64,000 nucleotides of DNA from an uncultured Actinomycetes bacterium (GTDB taxonomy: Bacteria; Actinomycetota; Thermoleophilia; Gaiellales; Gaiellaceae). A model generated the notes under the pieces. That model was not told the origin of the DNA and did not search any database. It saw nothing but the letters and a program-made list of their open reading frames with translations. Each line of letters starts with the position of its first letter. Positions within the stretch are counted from its first letter, which is position 1. The position numbers and the translations under genes are program-made. The stretch lies in NCBI GenBank assembly GCA_963796405.1, contig CAWCLL010000002.1, forward strand, positions 32,510 through 96,509. Direction: 5' to 3'. This document shows, piece after piece, positions 41,556-52,529 of the stretch.

Positions 41556-43007
41556 CTAGCAGTCGTAGTAGAGGGCGAACTCGGCCGGATGCGGCCGCAG
41601 GCGCACAGCGTCGATCTCGTTCTCGCGCTTCCACGCGATCCAGGTCTCGACGAGCTCCTTCGAGAACACGTCGCCGGCGAGCAGGAACTCGTGGTCGGCC
41701 TCGAGCGCGTCGAGCGCCTCGGCGAGCGAGCCCGGAACCTGCGGCACGTCGCCGTCGGCGTCCTCGAAGAGGTCGTAGTCGGCCGGCGCGCCCGGGTCGA
41801 GACCGCGCTCGATCCCGTCGAGGCCCGCCATGAGCATCGCCGAGAACGCGAGGTACGGGTTCGCCGCCGAGTCGGGCGGCCGGAACTCGATCCGCTTCGC
41901 CTTCGCCGACTCCGAGTACATCGGGATGCGGATGCACGCCGAGCGGTTCCGCTGCGAGTAGACGAGGTTGACCGGCGCCTCGAAGCCCGGGACGAGCCGC
42001 CGGTACGAGTTCGTCGTCGGCGCGCAGAAGGCGAGCAGCGCCGGCGCGTGCGCGAGCAGGCCGCCGACGTACGCGCGCCCGAGCTGCGAGAGCCCCGCGT
42101 AGCCCGACTTGTCGGCCATCAGCGGCGTCCCCTGCTTCCAGAGCGACTGATGCGTGTGCATCCCGGAGCCGTTGTCGCCGTAGATCGGCTTCGGCATGAA
42201 GGTGACGCTCTTCCCGTGCGCGCGGGCGACGTTCTTGACGACGTACTTGTAGGTCATGACCTGATCGGCCATGCGCGTGAGCGAGGTGAAGCGGAGGTCG
42301 ATCTCGCACTGGCCGCCGGAGGCGACCTCGTGGTGGTGGAACTCGCACGGGATCCCGATCCGCTCGAGCGTCAGCACCATCTCGGTGCGGAGGTCGTGGA
42401 GCGTGTCCGACGGCGCCGCCGGGAAGTAGCCCTCCTTCGGCCGCGCGGTGTAGCCGAGGCCCGGCTTGCCGGAGTTCCAGTACCCCTCGGCCGAGTCGAC
42501 GGAGTAGTGCGCGCGGTTCGGGCCTGAGTCGTAGTGCACCTCGTCGAAGACGAAGAACTCGCACTCGGGGCCGAAGTACGCGGTGTCGGCGATCCCGCTC
42601 GCGCGCAGGTGCTCCTCGGCCCGGCGGGCGACGCCGCGCGGGTCCTTCAGGTACGGCTCGCGCGTGATCGGGTCGGCGATCTCGCAGACGAGCGACAGCG
42701 TCGGCGCCTCGGTCGCGGGGTCGAGGATCGCGGAGGAGGGGTCGGGCATGAGCAGCATGTCCGAGTCCTGGATCGCCTGCCAGCCGCGGATCGACGAGCC
42801 GTCGAAGCCGAGCCCGTCGTCGAACGCGCTCTCGTCGAAGGCCCTGATCGGCAGCGAGACGTGCTGCCACGTCCCGAGCAGGTCGCAGAACTTCAGGTCG
42901 ACCATCGCCGCGCGCGTCTCCGTCGCCCAGTCGAGCGCGTCGCGCGCGTCCGGCAGCGTCTCGCCGCCGTTTCGCAGGTAGTGCAGCCTCTCCTCGATCT
43001 CGGACAT
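41556..43007 (-). CDS. glnA: Glutamine synthetase type I
   Basis: [10 protein letters not shown]...[13 protein letters not shown]...[10 protein letters not shown]...[14 protein letters not shown]...[16 protein letters not shown]...[16 protein letters not shown] at 43007 is preceded by GGAGG. Confidence 0.9.
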   Translation of the reverse strand: MSEIEERLHYLRNGGETLPDARDALDWATETRAAMVDLKFCDLLGTWQHVSLPIRAFDESAFDDGLGFDGSSIRGWQAIQDSDMLLMPDPSSAILDPATEAPTLSLVCEIADPITREPYLKDPRGVARRAEEHLRASGIADTAYFGPECEFFVFDEVHYDSGPNRAHYSVDSAEGYWNSGKPGLGYTARPKEGYFPAAPSDTLHDLRTEMVLTLERIGIPCEFHHHEVASGGQCEIDLRFTSLTRMADQVMTYKYVVKNVARAHGKSVTFMPKPIYGDNGSGMHTHQSLWKQGTPLMADKSGYAGLSQLGRAYVGGLLAHAPALLAFCAPTTNSYRRLVPGFEAPVNLVYSQRNRSACIRIPMYSESAKAKRIEFRPPDSAANPYLAFSAMLMAGLDGIERGLDPGAPADYDLFEDADGDVPQVPGSLAEALDALEADHEFLLAGDVFSKELVETWIAWKRENEIDAVRLRPHPAEFALYYDC

Positions 43008-43035
43008 CCGTCCCGCCTCCTCTCGCTCGGACCAA

Positions 43036-43083
43036 CAAAAAGACCCCGGGTCTCCAGAGAGTCCCGAGGCCACGTCGCCTCGG
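43036..43083 (-). promoter_or_regulatory. Two hairpins plus a T-run in the glnA1 5' leader (possible attenuator)
   Basis: Reading the minus strand: CCGAGGC-gacgtg-GCCTCGG, then GGAGACC-cgg-GGTCTTT followed by TTGTTGG. The element lies about 30 nt upstream of the SD sequence. Confidence 0.35.
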
Positions 43084-43291
43084 CCGAGCCTTCCGCGGCC
43101 CGACCTGCGCTCACCTTAGCCAGCGCCGCGGACGGAGGCAAGCGTGCCGCCGAGGCTGCTGGTACGGTGTCCGAGTTCTGCTCGCAGCCGCGAGCGAAGT
43201 CGCCGAGGGAGGTCGCGCATGGACGAGATCGACGCAAACGCGATCCCAAGTGACGGGCCCGGCCCGGTTCTCGGCGCGCAAGATCCTTAGG

Positions 43292-43320
43292 TTGACCGCG
43301 TCCGGTCGCGTGGCTATCCT
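43292..43320 (+). promoter_or_regulatory. Sigma-70-like promoter candidate for the ABC-2 exporter operon
   Basis: TTGACC (43292-43297), a 17-nt spacer, then TATCCT (43315-43320), about 115 nt upstream of the ATG at 43435. Confidence 0.4.
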
Positions 43321-43434
43321 CCGCGACTTGATGCTGCTCCGCCGTAGCTGAGTCACCGGTTGTCGAGGCCCTTCTCACGGGCCCGGCAGTTGCTTGCACG
43401 TCTCTCGCTACGCAGTTCTTCGAAGGAGCAGCAC

Positions 43435-44359
43435 ATGACGGAGATTCAAGAGGCAGTACCGATGGAGGGCGTCCGCGACGTTTCGTCGCCACCTGCCATC
43501 GCCGTGCGCGAGCTCGGCAAGGTGTTCACGCGCCGCGATCGCAAGAGCAAGCGGCGCTTCGGCAAGCCGAGGCGTACCCGGGTCGCCCTCGACGGAGTCA
43601 CGTTCACGCTCGAGCGGGGCGAGACGGTCGCGATCCTGGGCCAGAACGGCTCCGGGAAGTCGACGCTCGTTCGCCTCCTGTCCACGTTGCTCTTGCCTGA
43701 TGGCGGCGAGGCCGAGATCTTCGGGCACGACGTCGTAGTCCGAGCACCGCGCGGTGCGCCGGCTCGTCAACCGCGTGTCGGTCGAGGCGTCGTTCTTCAA
43801 GAAGATGTCGGCGGCCGAGAACCTGAGCTACGCGGCGCGCTACTACGGCATGACCTCGGGGCAGACGCGCGACAAGATCCCGGCGATCCTGACGCGCGTC
43901 GGGTTCCCGTCCGACCGGCGCGACGAGTCGATGGAGAACCTCTCGCGCGGGATGCAGCAGAAGGTCGCGCTCGCGCGGGCGCTGCTCACCTCGCCGGTCG
44001 TGCTCCTGCTCGACGAGCCGACGACCGGGCTCGACCCGCGCTCGAAGCTCGAGGTGCAGGACTTCATCCGCGAGATCCGCAGCTCGCACGACTCGACGAT
44101 CCTCCTCTGCACGCACGACCTCGCGGAGGCCGAGGCGCTGGCGGAGCGGGTCGGGATCCTCGACCGCGGCCGCCTGCTCTGCCTCGAGCCGGCGGACCAG
44201 ATCAAGCGGCGCTACGGGGCGTCCACGCTCGAGGAGGCCTTCTTCGCGGCCACCGGGCGGGAGTTCGAGGCCGAAGGGACGAGGACGAGGACGACGGGAG
44301 GTGTGCTGATGCGTAGGCTCGACAGCATCCAGGAGCGAAGCGCTGGCTTCCGCGCATGA
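43435..44359 (+). pseudogene. ABC-2-type exporter ATPase (one frame break near 43745)
   Basis: GQNGSGKST in ORF 43360..44316. LSRGMQQKVALARAL and LLLDEPTTGLD in ORF 43754..44359. GAAGGAG SD before the ATG. Confidence 0.85.
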
Positions 44360-45194
44360 GAGCCATGTACGCGACGATGCGTGCGGAGCTCGTCGGGGCG
44401 GGCGGCGTGGTCGAGCGCAACGCCTACCTGACGAAGCGCTACATCTGGTGGGACCTCGCGTGGTTCGCGTGGACGGTCGCGAACACGCTCACGATCGTCT
44501 TCATCGCCAAGGGCATCGAGGCGTCCGGCGGCTCGCTCGACGTGAACGAGACGATGACGACGCTGCTCATCGGCGCCGTCGTGTGGGCGTACCTCGGGAT
44601 CCTCTTCATGTTCCTCATGGAGACGGTCGCGTGGGAGCGGTGGGAGGGGACGATCGAGTACACGTTCATGGCTCCGCTCTCGCGCGCGATGCACCTCGCG
44701 GGTCAGGGCCTGTTCGCGATCCTCTACGGGCTCGTGCGGGCGGCGTTCCTGTTCGTCGTGTGCGCGTTCGTGTTCTTCGATCTCTCGATGCCGAACGCGA
44801 ACTACTTCGCGGCGTTCGTCGTCCTGCTCGTCGCCTCGGTCTCGTTCATCGGGATCGGGATGATGATGTCGGTGCTCCCGCTGATCTCGCCCGAGAAGGG
44901 GACACAGCTCGGGTTCGTCGCGCAGGGAACGCTGCTCGTGGTCTCCGGCGTCTACTACCCGGTCGAGGTGCTGCCCGAGTGGATGCAGGCGATCGCGACG
45001 CTGTCGCCGGCGACGTACGCGCTCGACGGGATCAGAGAGGCGATCATGGAGGGCCAGGGCCTGACGCGCGATGTGGGACGAGATCTGGCCGCTGCATCGT
45101 CATCGGCGTCGTCTCGATCCCGGTCGGCCTCTGGACCTTCAGCCGCGGCGAGCAGTACGCGAAGAAGCACGGGAAGCTGAAGAGGTCCGGATGA
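44356..45194 (+). pseudogene. ABC-2 family permease (two frame breaks in 45060-45100)
   Basis: Polytopic ORF 44356..45180. The C-terminal helix VIGVVSIPVGLWTFSRGEQYAKKHGKLKRSG* is in ORF 44448..45194. Confidence 0.75.
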
Positions 45195-46175
45195 CGGAGC
45201 CGGCGGTCCACGTCGCCGACCTCCGCAAGTTCTTCGACGTCCCCGAGCGGGACGCCGGCCTGCAGCGCGGCCACGAAGAGCCTCGTCCGCCGGAAGACGC
45301 GCGAGGTGAAGGCGGTCGACGGGATCTCGTTCGACATCGCGCCGGGCGAGATCGTCGGCTTCCTCGGCCCGAACGGCGCCGGCAAGACGACGACGCTGAA
45401 GATGCTGTCCGGGCTGCTCTACGTCACGAGCGGCGAGGCGCGCGTGCTCGGCCACGTCCCCTCGAAGCGCGAGCGCGAGTTCCTGCGGCGGATCGCGCTC
45501 GTCATGGGGAACCGGAACCAGCTCCAGTGGGACCTGCCCGCGCTCGACTCCTTCGAGCTCAACCGCTCGATCTACCAGATCCCGCGCGAGGACTTCCTCT
45601 CGATGCGCGACGAGCTGATCGAGCTGCTCGAGATCGGCGACCTCGTGCAGAAGCCCGTCCGGAACCTCTCGCTCGGCGAGCGCATGAAGGTCGAGATCGT
45701 CGGGTCGCTCCTGCACCGGCCGCAGGTGCTCTTCCTCGACGAGCCGACGATCGGGCTCGACGTCACGATGCAGAAGCGGATCCGCGAGTTCATCGCCGCG
45801 TACCGGCAGCGCCACGAGGCGACGGTGATGCTGACGAGCCACTACATGGCCGACGTCGAGGCGCTCTGCGAGCGCGTCATCGTCATCCACCACGGGAGGA
45901 TCCTCTTCGACGGCGACCTCGCCGCGCTCTCGAACACGGTCGCCGCCTGGAAGACGATCGTGGTCGCGCTCGAGGACGGCGCCGGCGACCTCTCGGCGTA
46001 CGGGGAGGTGATCCACCGCGACGGCGACCTCGTCACGCTCCGCATCCCGAAGGCCGACACCGCGCGCGTGACCGCCCGCCTGCTCGCCGAGCAGGAGGTG
46101 CTCGACCTGAACGTCGAGGACCCGCCGATCGAGGACGTGATCGAGCTCGTGTTCGCGCAGGAAGCGGGCGCTTGA
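45191..46175 (+). pseudogene. ABC transporter ATPase, second module (one frame break near 45265)
   Basis: MTEPAVHVADLRKFF, then GPNGAGKTTT, LSLGERMKVEIVGSL and LFLDEPTIGLD in ORF 45306..46175. Confidence 0.85.
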
Positions 46176-46242
46176 GCACGATTCCCGCCGCTGCGAGGAG
46201 CCAGGCCGCCTCCGCTCGCTCGTCGACTTCTACCTGACGGCG

Positions 46243-47014
46243 ATGCGGACGGAGATGCAGGCGCAGTTCCAGTACCGGGCCGCGACCTACATGTACCTCT
46301 TCGGGATGGTGGCCGAGCCGGTCATCTACCTCGTCGTCTGGACGACGATCGCGGACCAGTCGGGAGGAACGGCCGGCGGGCTCACGTCCGGCGAGTTCGC
46401 GGCCTACTACATCGTCTGGACGCTCGTCCGGACGATGAACATCGTCTTCACGCCGTACGGCTGGGAGTGGCGGATCCGCGAAGGGCAGCTCTCCGGCGCA
46501 GCTCCTGCGCCCGCTCCATCCCATCCACTACGACATCGCCCAGTTCGCCGGCGGGAAGATCCCGTGGCTCTTCTACTACCTCCCGATCGCGGTCGTGCTC
46601 ACGCTCGTCTTCGACCCGACCTTCGGCGTGCGTCCGGTCGAGATCGCGGTCTTCGCCGTTGCGATCTGGGGCGCGTACCTGATCCGGACGTTCAACCAGT
46701 CGGCGCTCGGGCTCGTCTGCTTCTGGACGACGCGCGTCGGGGCGCTCTTCTCGTTCTACATCCTGCTCGAGCTCCTGCTCTCCGGACGGCTCGTCCCGCT
46801 CACGCTCATGCCCGACTGGGCGCAGACCCTCGCCTGGCTCCTGCCCTTCCGGTGGACGTTCTACTTCCCGATCGAGGCGCTCGTCGGCGATCTCTCGAAC
46901 GCGCAGCTGCTCGGCGGGCTCGCGATGCAGGTCTTCTGGACGCTCGTCGGGATCGCCATCTTCTCGCTCGTCTGGCGGTACGCGGTCCGGCGCTACACGG
47001 CGGTGGGGAACTGA
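46243..47014 (+). pseudogene. ABC-2 family permease (DUF990-like), one frame break near 46490; start may lie upstream
   Basis: N-terminal part in ORF 46243..47019. C-terminal part in ORF 46595..47014 (LPFRWTFYFPIEALVG). Confidence 0.65.
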
Positions 47015-47015
47015 G

Positions 47016-47804
47016 ATGACCACGCTCCGCGTCGCGCTGCTCCATCTCCGCGTCGGGCTGATGAACGACCTCCAGTACCGGGTCAACTTCGCGCTCCAGA
47101 TCCTCCAGTCCGTCATGGCCGTCACGGTCGGGCTCGTCGTCTTCCAGCTCGTCTTCTCCCACACGACCGAGCTCAACGGGTGGACGCACTCGGAGCTCCT
47201 CGCGATCCTCGGCGTCCAGGCCGTGATGGCCGGCGTCATCCACTCCGTGATCCAGCCGAACATGATGCGGCTGACCGAGGAGGTGCGCGAGGGGAAGCTC
47301 GACCACGCGCTGACGAAGCCCGTCGACGCGCAGATGCTCGTCAGCGTGCGCGAGGTCCAGCTCTGGCAGGCCGTGGACATCGTCACGGGCGCCGTGATCA
47401 TCGCGGTCGCGCTCGCGAAGCTCGGCGGCGACCTGGGCGTCCTCGACGCGCTCGGGTTCGCGGTCGCGCTCGCGCTCGGCGCGGTCCTCCTCTACTGCTT
47501 CTGGCTCGTCCTCGCGACCGGCTCGTTCTGGGTGATCCGGATGTGGTTCCTGCCCGAGCTCTTCGAGGGGATCTTCCAGACCGGCCGCTTGCCGGTCGGC
47601 ATCTACCCGGACTGGCTGCGCTTCTGGATCACGTTCCTCGTGCCGATCGCGTTCGCGATCACGGTCCCGGCCGAGGCGGTCACGTCGCGGCTCGACGTGC
47701 AGACGCTCGCGTTCGCGGCGCTGTTCACGGTCGTCGGCCTTCGCGCTCTCGCGCTGGTTCTGGCGCTTCGGCCTCACGCGAACTACACCGGCGCCTCGGC
47801 GTAG
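47016..47804 (+). CDS. ABC-2 family permease (DUF990-like)
   Basis: Intact 262-aa polytopic ORF immediately after its paralogous partner. Confidence 0.7.
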   Translation: MTTLRVALLHLRVGLMNDLQYRVNFALQILQSVMAVTVGLVVFQLVFSHTTELNGWTHSELLAILGVQAVMAGVIHSVIQPNMMRLTEEVREGKLDHALTKPVDAQMLVSVREVQLWQAVDIVTGAVIIAVALAKLGGDLGVLDALGFAVALALGAVLLYCFWLVLATGSFWVIRMWFLPELFEGIFQTGRLPVGIYPDWLRFWITFLVPIAFAITVPAEAVTSRLDVQTLAFAALFTVVGLRALALVLALRPHANYTGASA

Positions 47805-47847
47805 TCGTCGTTGCTAGAGTGCCGCGGTCTTTGGGGCGACGTTGCCT

Positions 47848-47875
47848 CGGGCGGCTCGTCCGTCCGGGGCTTTTT
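47848..47875 (+). terminator. Hairpin plus T5 run between the exporter operon and glnA2
   Basis: CGGGCGG-ctcgt-CCGTCCG, then GGGCTTTTT. Confidence 0.4.
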
Positions 47876-47895
47876 CCATTTCAAGGAGGAGTTTC

Positions 47896-49321
47896 ATGGC
47901 ACGACCGAGGACGCAGACGCCCAGGAAGGGCTCGCGGAGCACGATGGTGAAGAGCAAGGATCGCGCGACCTCGTCGCTGGCGGCCCGGCGCGCGGTGCTG
48001 AAGCGGATCAGGGACGAGAGCGTCGAGCACGTCCTCTTCTGGTTCACCGATCTCGAAGGGCACCTGAAGTCCTTCGCGATCACGCCGTCCGAGATGCAGG
48101 AGGCGCTGAACGACGGGATGGGCTTCGACGGCTCGTCGATCACGGGCTTCAACGCGATCGAGGAGTCGGACATGGTCGCGATCCCCGACCCGGCGAGCTT
48201 CCAGCTCATGCCGCGGCCGCTCGACGAGCACGGCCAGGCGATCGGGGCGAAGGTCGCGCGGATGATCTGCGACGTCGTCACGCCCGACGGCGAGCCGTAC
48301 GAGGGCGACCCGCGCTACGCGCTGCGCAGCGCGCTCGAGCGCATGAAGAGCATGGGCTTCGACGCCTTCAACGTCGGGCCCGAGCTCGAGTACTTCGTGT
48401 TCGAGGACGACAAGGGCACGGAGACGATCGACGAGGGCGGCTACTTCGCGATGACCGCGCTGGACGCCGCGACCGAGATGCGGAACGACACGATCGCCGC
48501 GCTCGAGTCGGTCGGGATCCCGATCGAGTACCACCACCACGAGGTCGGCCCCTCGCAGCACGAGATCGACATGCGCTACGCGGACGCGCTCTCGATGGCC
48601 GACCACACGATGACCTACCGCCTGATCGTCAAGGAGGTCGCCGCCTGGCACGGCTACTACGCGACCTTCATGCCGAAGCCGCTCTTCGGCGAGAACGGCT
48701 CGGGGATGCACACGCACATGTCGCTCTTCAAGGGCGGGCGGAACCAGTTCTTCGACCGGCGCGACGAGTACCACCTCTCGAAGAACGCGAAGGCCTTCAT
48801 CGCCGGGCTGCTCGTGCACGCGCGCGAGATGTCGCGCGGTGCTCGCGCAGTGGGTGAACTCGTACAAGCGCCTCGTGCCGGGGTACGAGGCCCCGGTCTA
48901 CGTCGCCTGGTCGCAGCGGAACCGCTCCGCCCTGATCAGGATCCCGCTCTACAAGCCGGGCTCCGAGCAGGCGACGCGTGCCGAGATCCGCTGCCCGGAC
49001 CCCGCCTGCAACCCGTACCTCGCGTTCGCGGCGCTCCTCCACGCCGGGCTCGACGGCATCGAGCAGGGCTACGAGCTACCCGACCCGATGGAGCGGAACC
49101 TGTACCGGCTGTCGGCGCGGGAACGGCGCGAGCAGGGGATCACCGCGCTTCCGGAGTCGCTCGGCGAGGCGATCGACGAGCTCGGCGAGTCCGACCTCAT
49201 GCGCCGCGCGCTCGGCGAGCACATCTTCCCGCGCTACGTCGAGCTCAAGCGCCAGGAGTGGGACGAGTACCGCGTCCAGGTCACCGAGTGGGAGAAGGAG
49301 AAGTACCTGGCCGCGCTGTGA
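47896..49321 (+). pseudogene. glnA: Glutamine synthetase paralog (GlnA2-like), one frame break near 48835
   Basis: AAGGAGGA SD. FWFTDLEGHLKSF, GFDGSSITGF, HHHEVGPSQHEIDMRY and [14 protein letters not shown]. Then WVNSYKRLVPGYEAP...RIP in ORF 48839..49321. Confidence 0.85.
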
Positions 49322-49344
49322 GCTCCACCGGTCGAGAACGACCA

Positions 49345-49368
49345 CGGGCTCCTCAAAACGGGAGCCCG
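49345..49368 (+). terminator. Stem-loop after glnA2
   Basis: CGGGCTCC-N8-GGAGCCCG, an 8-bp perfect stem with no U-run. Confidence 0.4.
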
Positions 49369-49548
49369 CGATCGGCCGTCAGATACAAGGCTCGGCACTC
49401 GCCTGGGGCCGTGCCTTGCAGCGTGCATCATCCGGGATTTCGCGGGCCGCTGCAAGGGTTCCTCGTTGCGTCCGTTCGACCGATCCTCCCCTTGCGCCGG
49501 CTCGTAGGGGCGAGGCTTGCCTCGCCCTCGTCCTAGTGCCGGCGCGCT

Positions 49549-50010
49549 CTAGTCGGGCTTGCCGGCCATCGCCCACGCCGCAATGACGAAGCCGGCAAGC
49601 AGCACGAGGGAGAGGACCAGCGTCGCCTTGAGCAGCCCCTGGCCGCCACCGCCGGGAAGGCGGCGGACGCCGATGCCGCCGGTGATCAGCGCTGCGACGA
49701 ACAGCACCGCACCTCCCTCGGCCACGATGAAGCCGATCGTCGTCCACGCCGAGTCGATGGGGCTCTCGTCGAGCCCTTCCTTCGAGTAGATCCAATGGGC
49801 AGCCGCCCACATGAGCACGTAACTCGGCAGGCCTACCACCAGCAGCGTCCAGTAGCCGAGCCGCAGCATCCGTGCGTCGCCCCGGGCGAACCCGAGCGAC
49901 GCCGCCGCGGTGAGCGTCGCCCCCACGAGCACCGTCGCGCCGAGGACGTGCAGGAAGAGCGGGAAGTTCCAGTCGTCCGGGCGGATCGATGGCGAGCCAG
50001 CGCCGGTCAT
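49549..50010 (-). CDS. Integral membrane protein, function unknown
   Basis: 153-aa, four-helix C-terminal part of ORF 49549..50472 starting MTGAGSPSIRPDDWNFPLFLHVLGA. The ATG overlaps the upstream stop. Confidence 0.5.
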   Translation of the reverse strand: MTGAGSPSIRPDDWNFPLFLHVLGATVLVGATLTAAASLGFARGDARMLRLGYWTLLVVGLPSYVLMWAAAHWIYSKEGLDESPIDSAWTTIGFIVAEGGAVLFVAALITGGIGVRRLPGGGGQGLLKATLVLSLVLLAGFVIAAWAMAGKPD

Positions 50011-50486
50011 GCGCCCGGCTTCCAGATCATCACGACGAGGAGCGCCAGCAAGATGAGCGACGAGACGGCGTGCAGAACGACCCCGCGCTGCGTCCGGTTG
50101 AGCGCGAGGAGCTCGGCGTTCGGCCCGGTCTGGCCCGCCGACGACAGCTCGCGGGCCTTCAGCAGCGGCTTCATGTACTCGGCCCCGGTGCGCGAGCCGA
50201 CGGCGGCGGCCGCGAACCAGAGGACGATCGCCGCGATGATCCAGCCGTCCCACAGGTCGTAGCCGCCGTACGAGAGCGCGAGGAAGATCCCGAGCAGCAG
50301 CGTTCCGCCGGCTCCGACTCCGACCGCGATGTTCCCGATCTTCGCGACCGGCTCCATGCGCAGCGTCGCGTCGGGCGTGTCGACGTTCCGCCCGGCGACG
50401 ATGAGCACCCAGAAGAGCACGATTCCGCCGACGAATGCGAAAGCGCTCAGAACGTGCAGCGCGAGGGCCCACTCGTCCAGGCTCAC
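50007..50486 (-). CDS. Integral membrane protein (DUF2269-like), GTG start
   Basis: ORF 50007..50525, with a likely start at VSLDEWALALHVLSAFAFVGG. Confidence 0.5.
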   Translation of the reverse strand: MSLDEWALALHVLSAFAFVGGIVLFWVLIVAGRNVDTPDATLRMEPVAKIGNIAVGVGAGGTLLLGIFLALSYGGYDLWDGWIIAAIVLWFAAAAVGSRTGAEYMKPLLKARELSSAGQTGPNAELLALNRTQRGVVLHAVSSLILLALLVVMIWKPGA

Positions 50487-50524
50487 GCAGCGATCCTTAC
50501 ACACGGGCCGCAGCCGCCGCGACA

Positions 50525-51949
50525 ATGAGCCGCGTGGACTCGACCGCTCGCCATCTGCGCCTGCTCACCGACACGATCGCCGCGGTCAACTCCTCGCTCG
50601 ACCTCCAGGAGGTGCTCGAGCTCGTCGCCCGCAACGTCGCGGACGCGCTCGGCACGGACGCCTGCTTCGTCTACCTCTACGACGAACGGGCGAGCGAGCT
50701 CGTCCTGCGCGCGACGCACGGCAGCCGGGTCGAGGAGATGACGCGGACGCCGCGCATGCGTCCCGGCGAGGGCATCACGGGCGTCGCCGCCGCCGAGCGC
50801 GCGCCGGTGATGATCCCGTCGCAGGCGCACCTCGACCCGCGCTTCAAGCTCTTCCCGAACCTCCCCGAGGACGAGTACGAGTCGATCCTCGCCGTGCCGA
50901 TCCTCGCGCGGGACACGCTCGAGGGCGCGCTCAACGTCCGCACGCGCGAGCCGCGCGAGTTCACCGAGGCCGAGATCGAGCTCCTCGTCGCGATCGCGTC
51001 GCAGGTGGCGCAGACGATCGAGCACGCGAAGCTCTACGCGGCCGCCCAGCGCCGCGTCGTCGAGCTCGAGGCGCTCGCGCGCATCTCGGAGGCGGTCTCG
51101 GAGTCGCTGTACCTCGAGGAGTCGCTCGAGGCGATCGTGAAGACGACGATGGAGTCGCTCCACGCGACCGGCGCCGCGCTCGTGCTCGAGGACGGCAAGA
51201 TCGCATGGCCGGAGGGACGGCCGGGGGCCTACGCCGAGCGGATGCCGCTGCGCTGGAAGCGCCGCCAGATCGGCGAGCTCGTCTGCGACCGCGACACGCC
51301 GTTCTCGGACGACGATCGCGCGCTGCTCGAGGCCATCGCCCACCACGCGGCGGTCGCGCTCGAGCACGGCCGCGCGGTCATGCGCGGCGTCCTCGCGCAA
51401 GAGATCCACCACCGCGTCAAGAACAACCTCCAGTCCGTCGCGTCGCTCCTGCGCGTGCAGGCGCGGGCGGAGAACGTCGATCCGCGGAAGGCGCTCTCCG
51501 ACTCGGTCAACCGGATCCTCGCGATCGCGGCGGTGCACGAGGTGCTGACCGAGCACCGCGAGGACGACGTCGACCTCGGCGAGCTCGTCGACCGGCTGCG
51601 CGCGATGCTCGTCCAGGGTCTCGTCTCAGGGAAGGAGGTGACCGCCGAGCTCGCACCCGTCTCTCTGGCGGGACAGCAGGCAACAGCGCTCGCGCTCGTC
51701 TTCACCGAGCTCTTCCAGAACGCGCTCCAGCACGGCGGCGGCCACGTCTCGATCGCGCTCGCCCAGCGAAAGGGACACGGGAACGGCGAGGTCGTGCTCA
51801 CGATCGCCGACGACGGAGGGGGGATCCAGGGCGAGGGCTCGGGAACCGGGCTCTCGATCGTGCGCGCGCTCGTCCGGGACGAGCTCGGCGGCGAGATCGA
51901 CCTCGTGAACGACGGCGGCCTGCGCGCCGAGGTGGTGTTCCCCGCGTGA
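50525..51949 (+). CDS. pdtaS: GAF/PAS-type sensor histidine kinase with HisKA_2 H-box (PdtaS-like)
   Basis: GAF region (VYLYDE...LVLRATHG...GEGITG...ILAVPI). H-box EIHHRVKNNLQSVASLL. ATPase part FTELFQNALQHG...DDGGG. Confidence 0.8.
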   Translation: MSRVDSTARHLRLLTDTIAAVNSSLDLQEVLELVARNVADALGTDACFVYLYDERASELVLRATHGSRVEEMTRTPRMRPGEGITGVAAAERAPVMIPSQAHLDPRFKLFPNLPEDEYESILAVPILARDTLEGALNVRTREPREFTEAEIELLVAIASQVAQTIEHAKLYAAAQRRVVELEALARISEAVSESLYLEESLEAIVKTTMESLHATGAALVLEDGKIAWPEGRPGAYAERMPLRWKRRQIGELVCDRDTPFSDDDRALLEAIAHHAAVALEHGRAVMRGVLAQEIHHRVKNNLQSVASLLRVQARAENVDPRKALSDSVNRILAIAAVHEVLTEHREDDVDLGELVDRLRAMLVQGLVSGKEVTAELAPVSLAGQQATALALVFTELFQNALQHGGGHVSIALAQRKGHGNGEVVLTIADDGGGIQGEGSGTGLSIVRALVRDELGGEIDLVNDGGLRAEVVFPA

Positions 51950-52517
51950 CGCGCGTGCTCGTGGCCGAGGACGAGACGATCATCCGCCTCGACCTCAAAG
52001 GGCATGCTCGAGAGCGCCGGCTTCGAGGTCTGCGCGGAGGCGCGCGACGGTGAGGAGGCGGTCGAGCTCGCGCGCGAGACGGAGCCCGACGTCGCGCTCC
52101 TCGACGTGAAGATGCCGCGGCTCGACGGGATCGAGGCGGCGAGGCGGATCCTCGACGAGCGGCCGATCCCGATCGTGATGGTGACCGCGTACGGGGAACG
52201 AGAGATCGTCGCGCGTGCGGTCGAGGCGGGCGTCTTCGGCTACCTCGTGAAGCCGTTCCGCGAGACCGATCTCCTGCCCGCGATCGAGACTGCGCGGGCG
52301 CGCCACGAGGAGCTCAGCGCCCTGCGCGAGGAGGCCGCGTCGCTCGCGGATGCGCTCGACGCGCGCAAGAAGATCGAGCGCGCGAAGGGGATCCTCATGG
52401 ACCGGGAGGGGCTCACCGAGCAGGAGGCTTTCGCGCGGCTTCGCAAGGCGAGCCAGATCTCCGGGCGGCCGCTGAAGATCGTCGCGGAGGCGCTGATCGC
52501 GACGCTCGGAGGCCTGA
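51946..52517 (+). pseudogene. pdtaR: Response regulator with ANTAR RNA-binding output (PdtaR-like). One frame break at about 52001, and the 3' end is uncertain.
   Basis: VTRVLVAEDETIIRLDLKG then MLESAGFEV...LLDVKMPRLDG...GYLVKPF. ANTAR part KKIERAKGILMDREGLTEQEAFARLRKASQISGRPLKIVAEALI. Confidence 0.8.
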
Positions 52518-52529
52518 CCCGCGCCAGCT

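Noticed and set aside
47848-47895. The hairpin plus T-run upstream of glnA2 as a second glnA attenuator, by analogy with glnA1.
   Set aside because: It directly follows the same-strand ABC-2 permease gene, so an ordinary operon terminator is the simpler explanation. It is kept only as a terminator feature.
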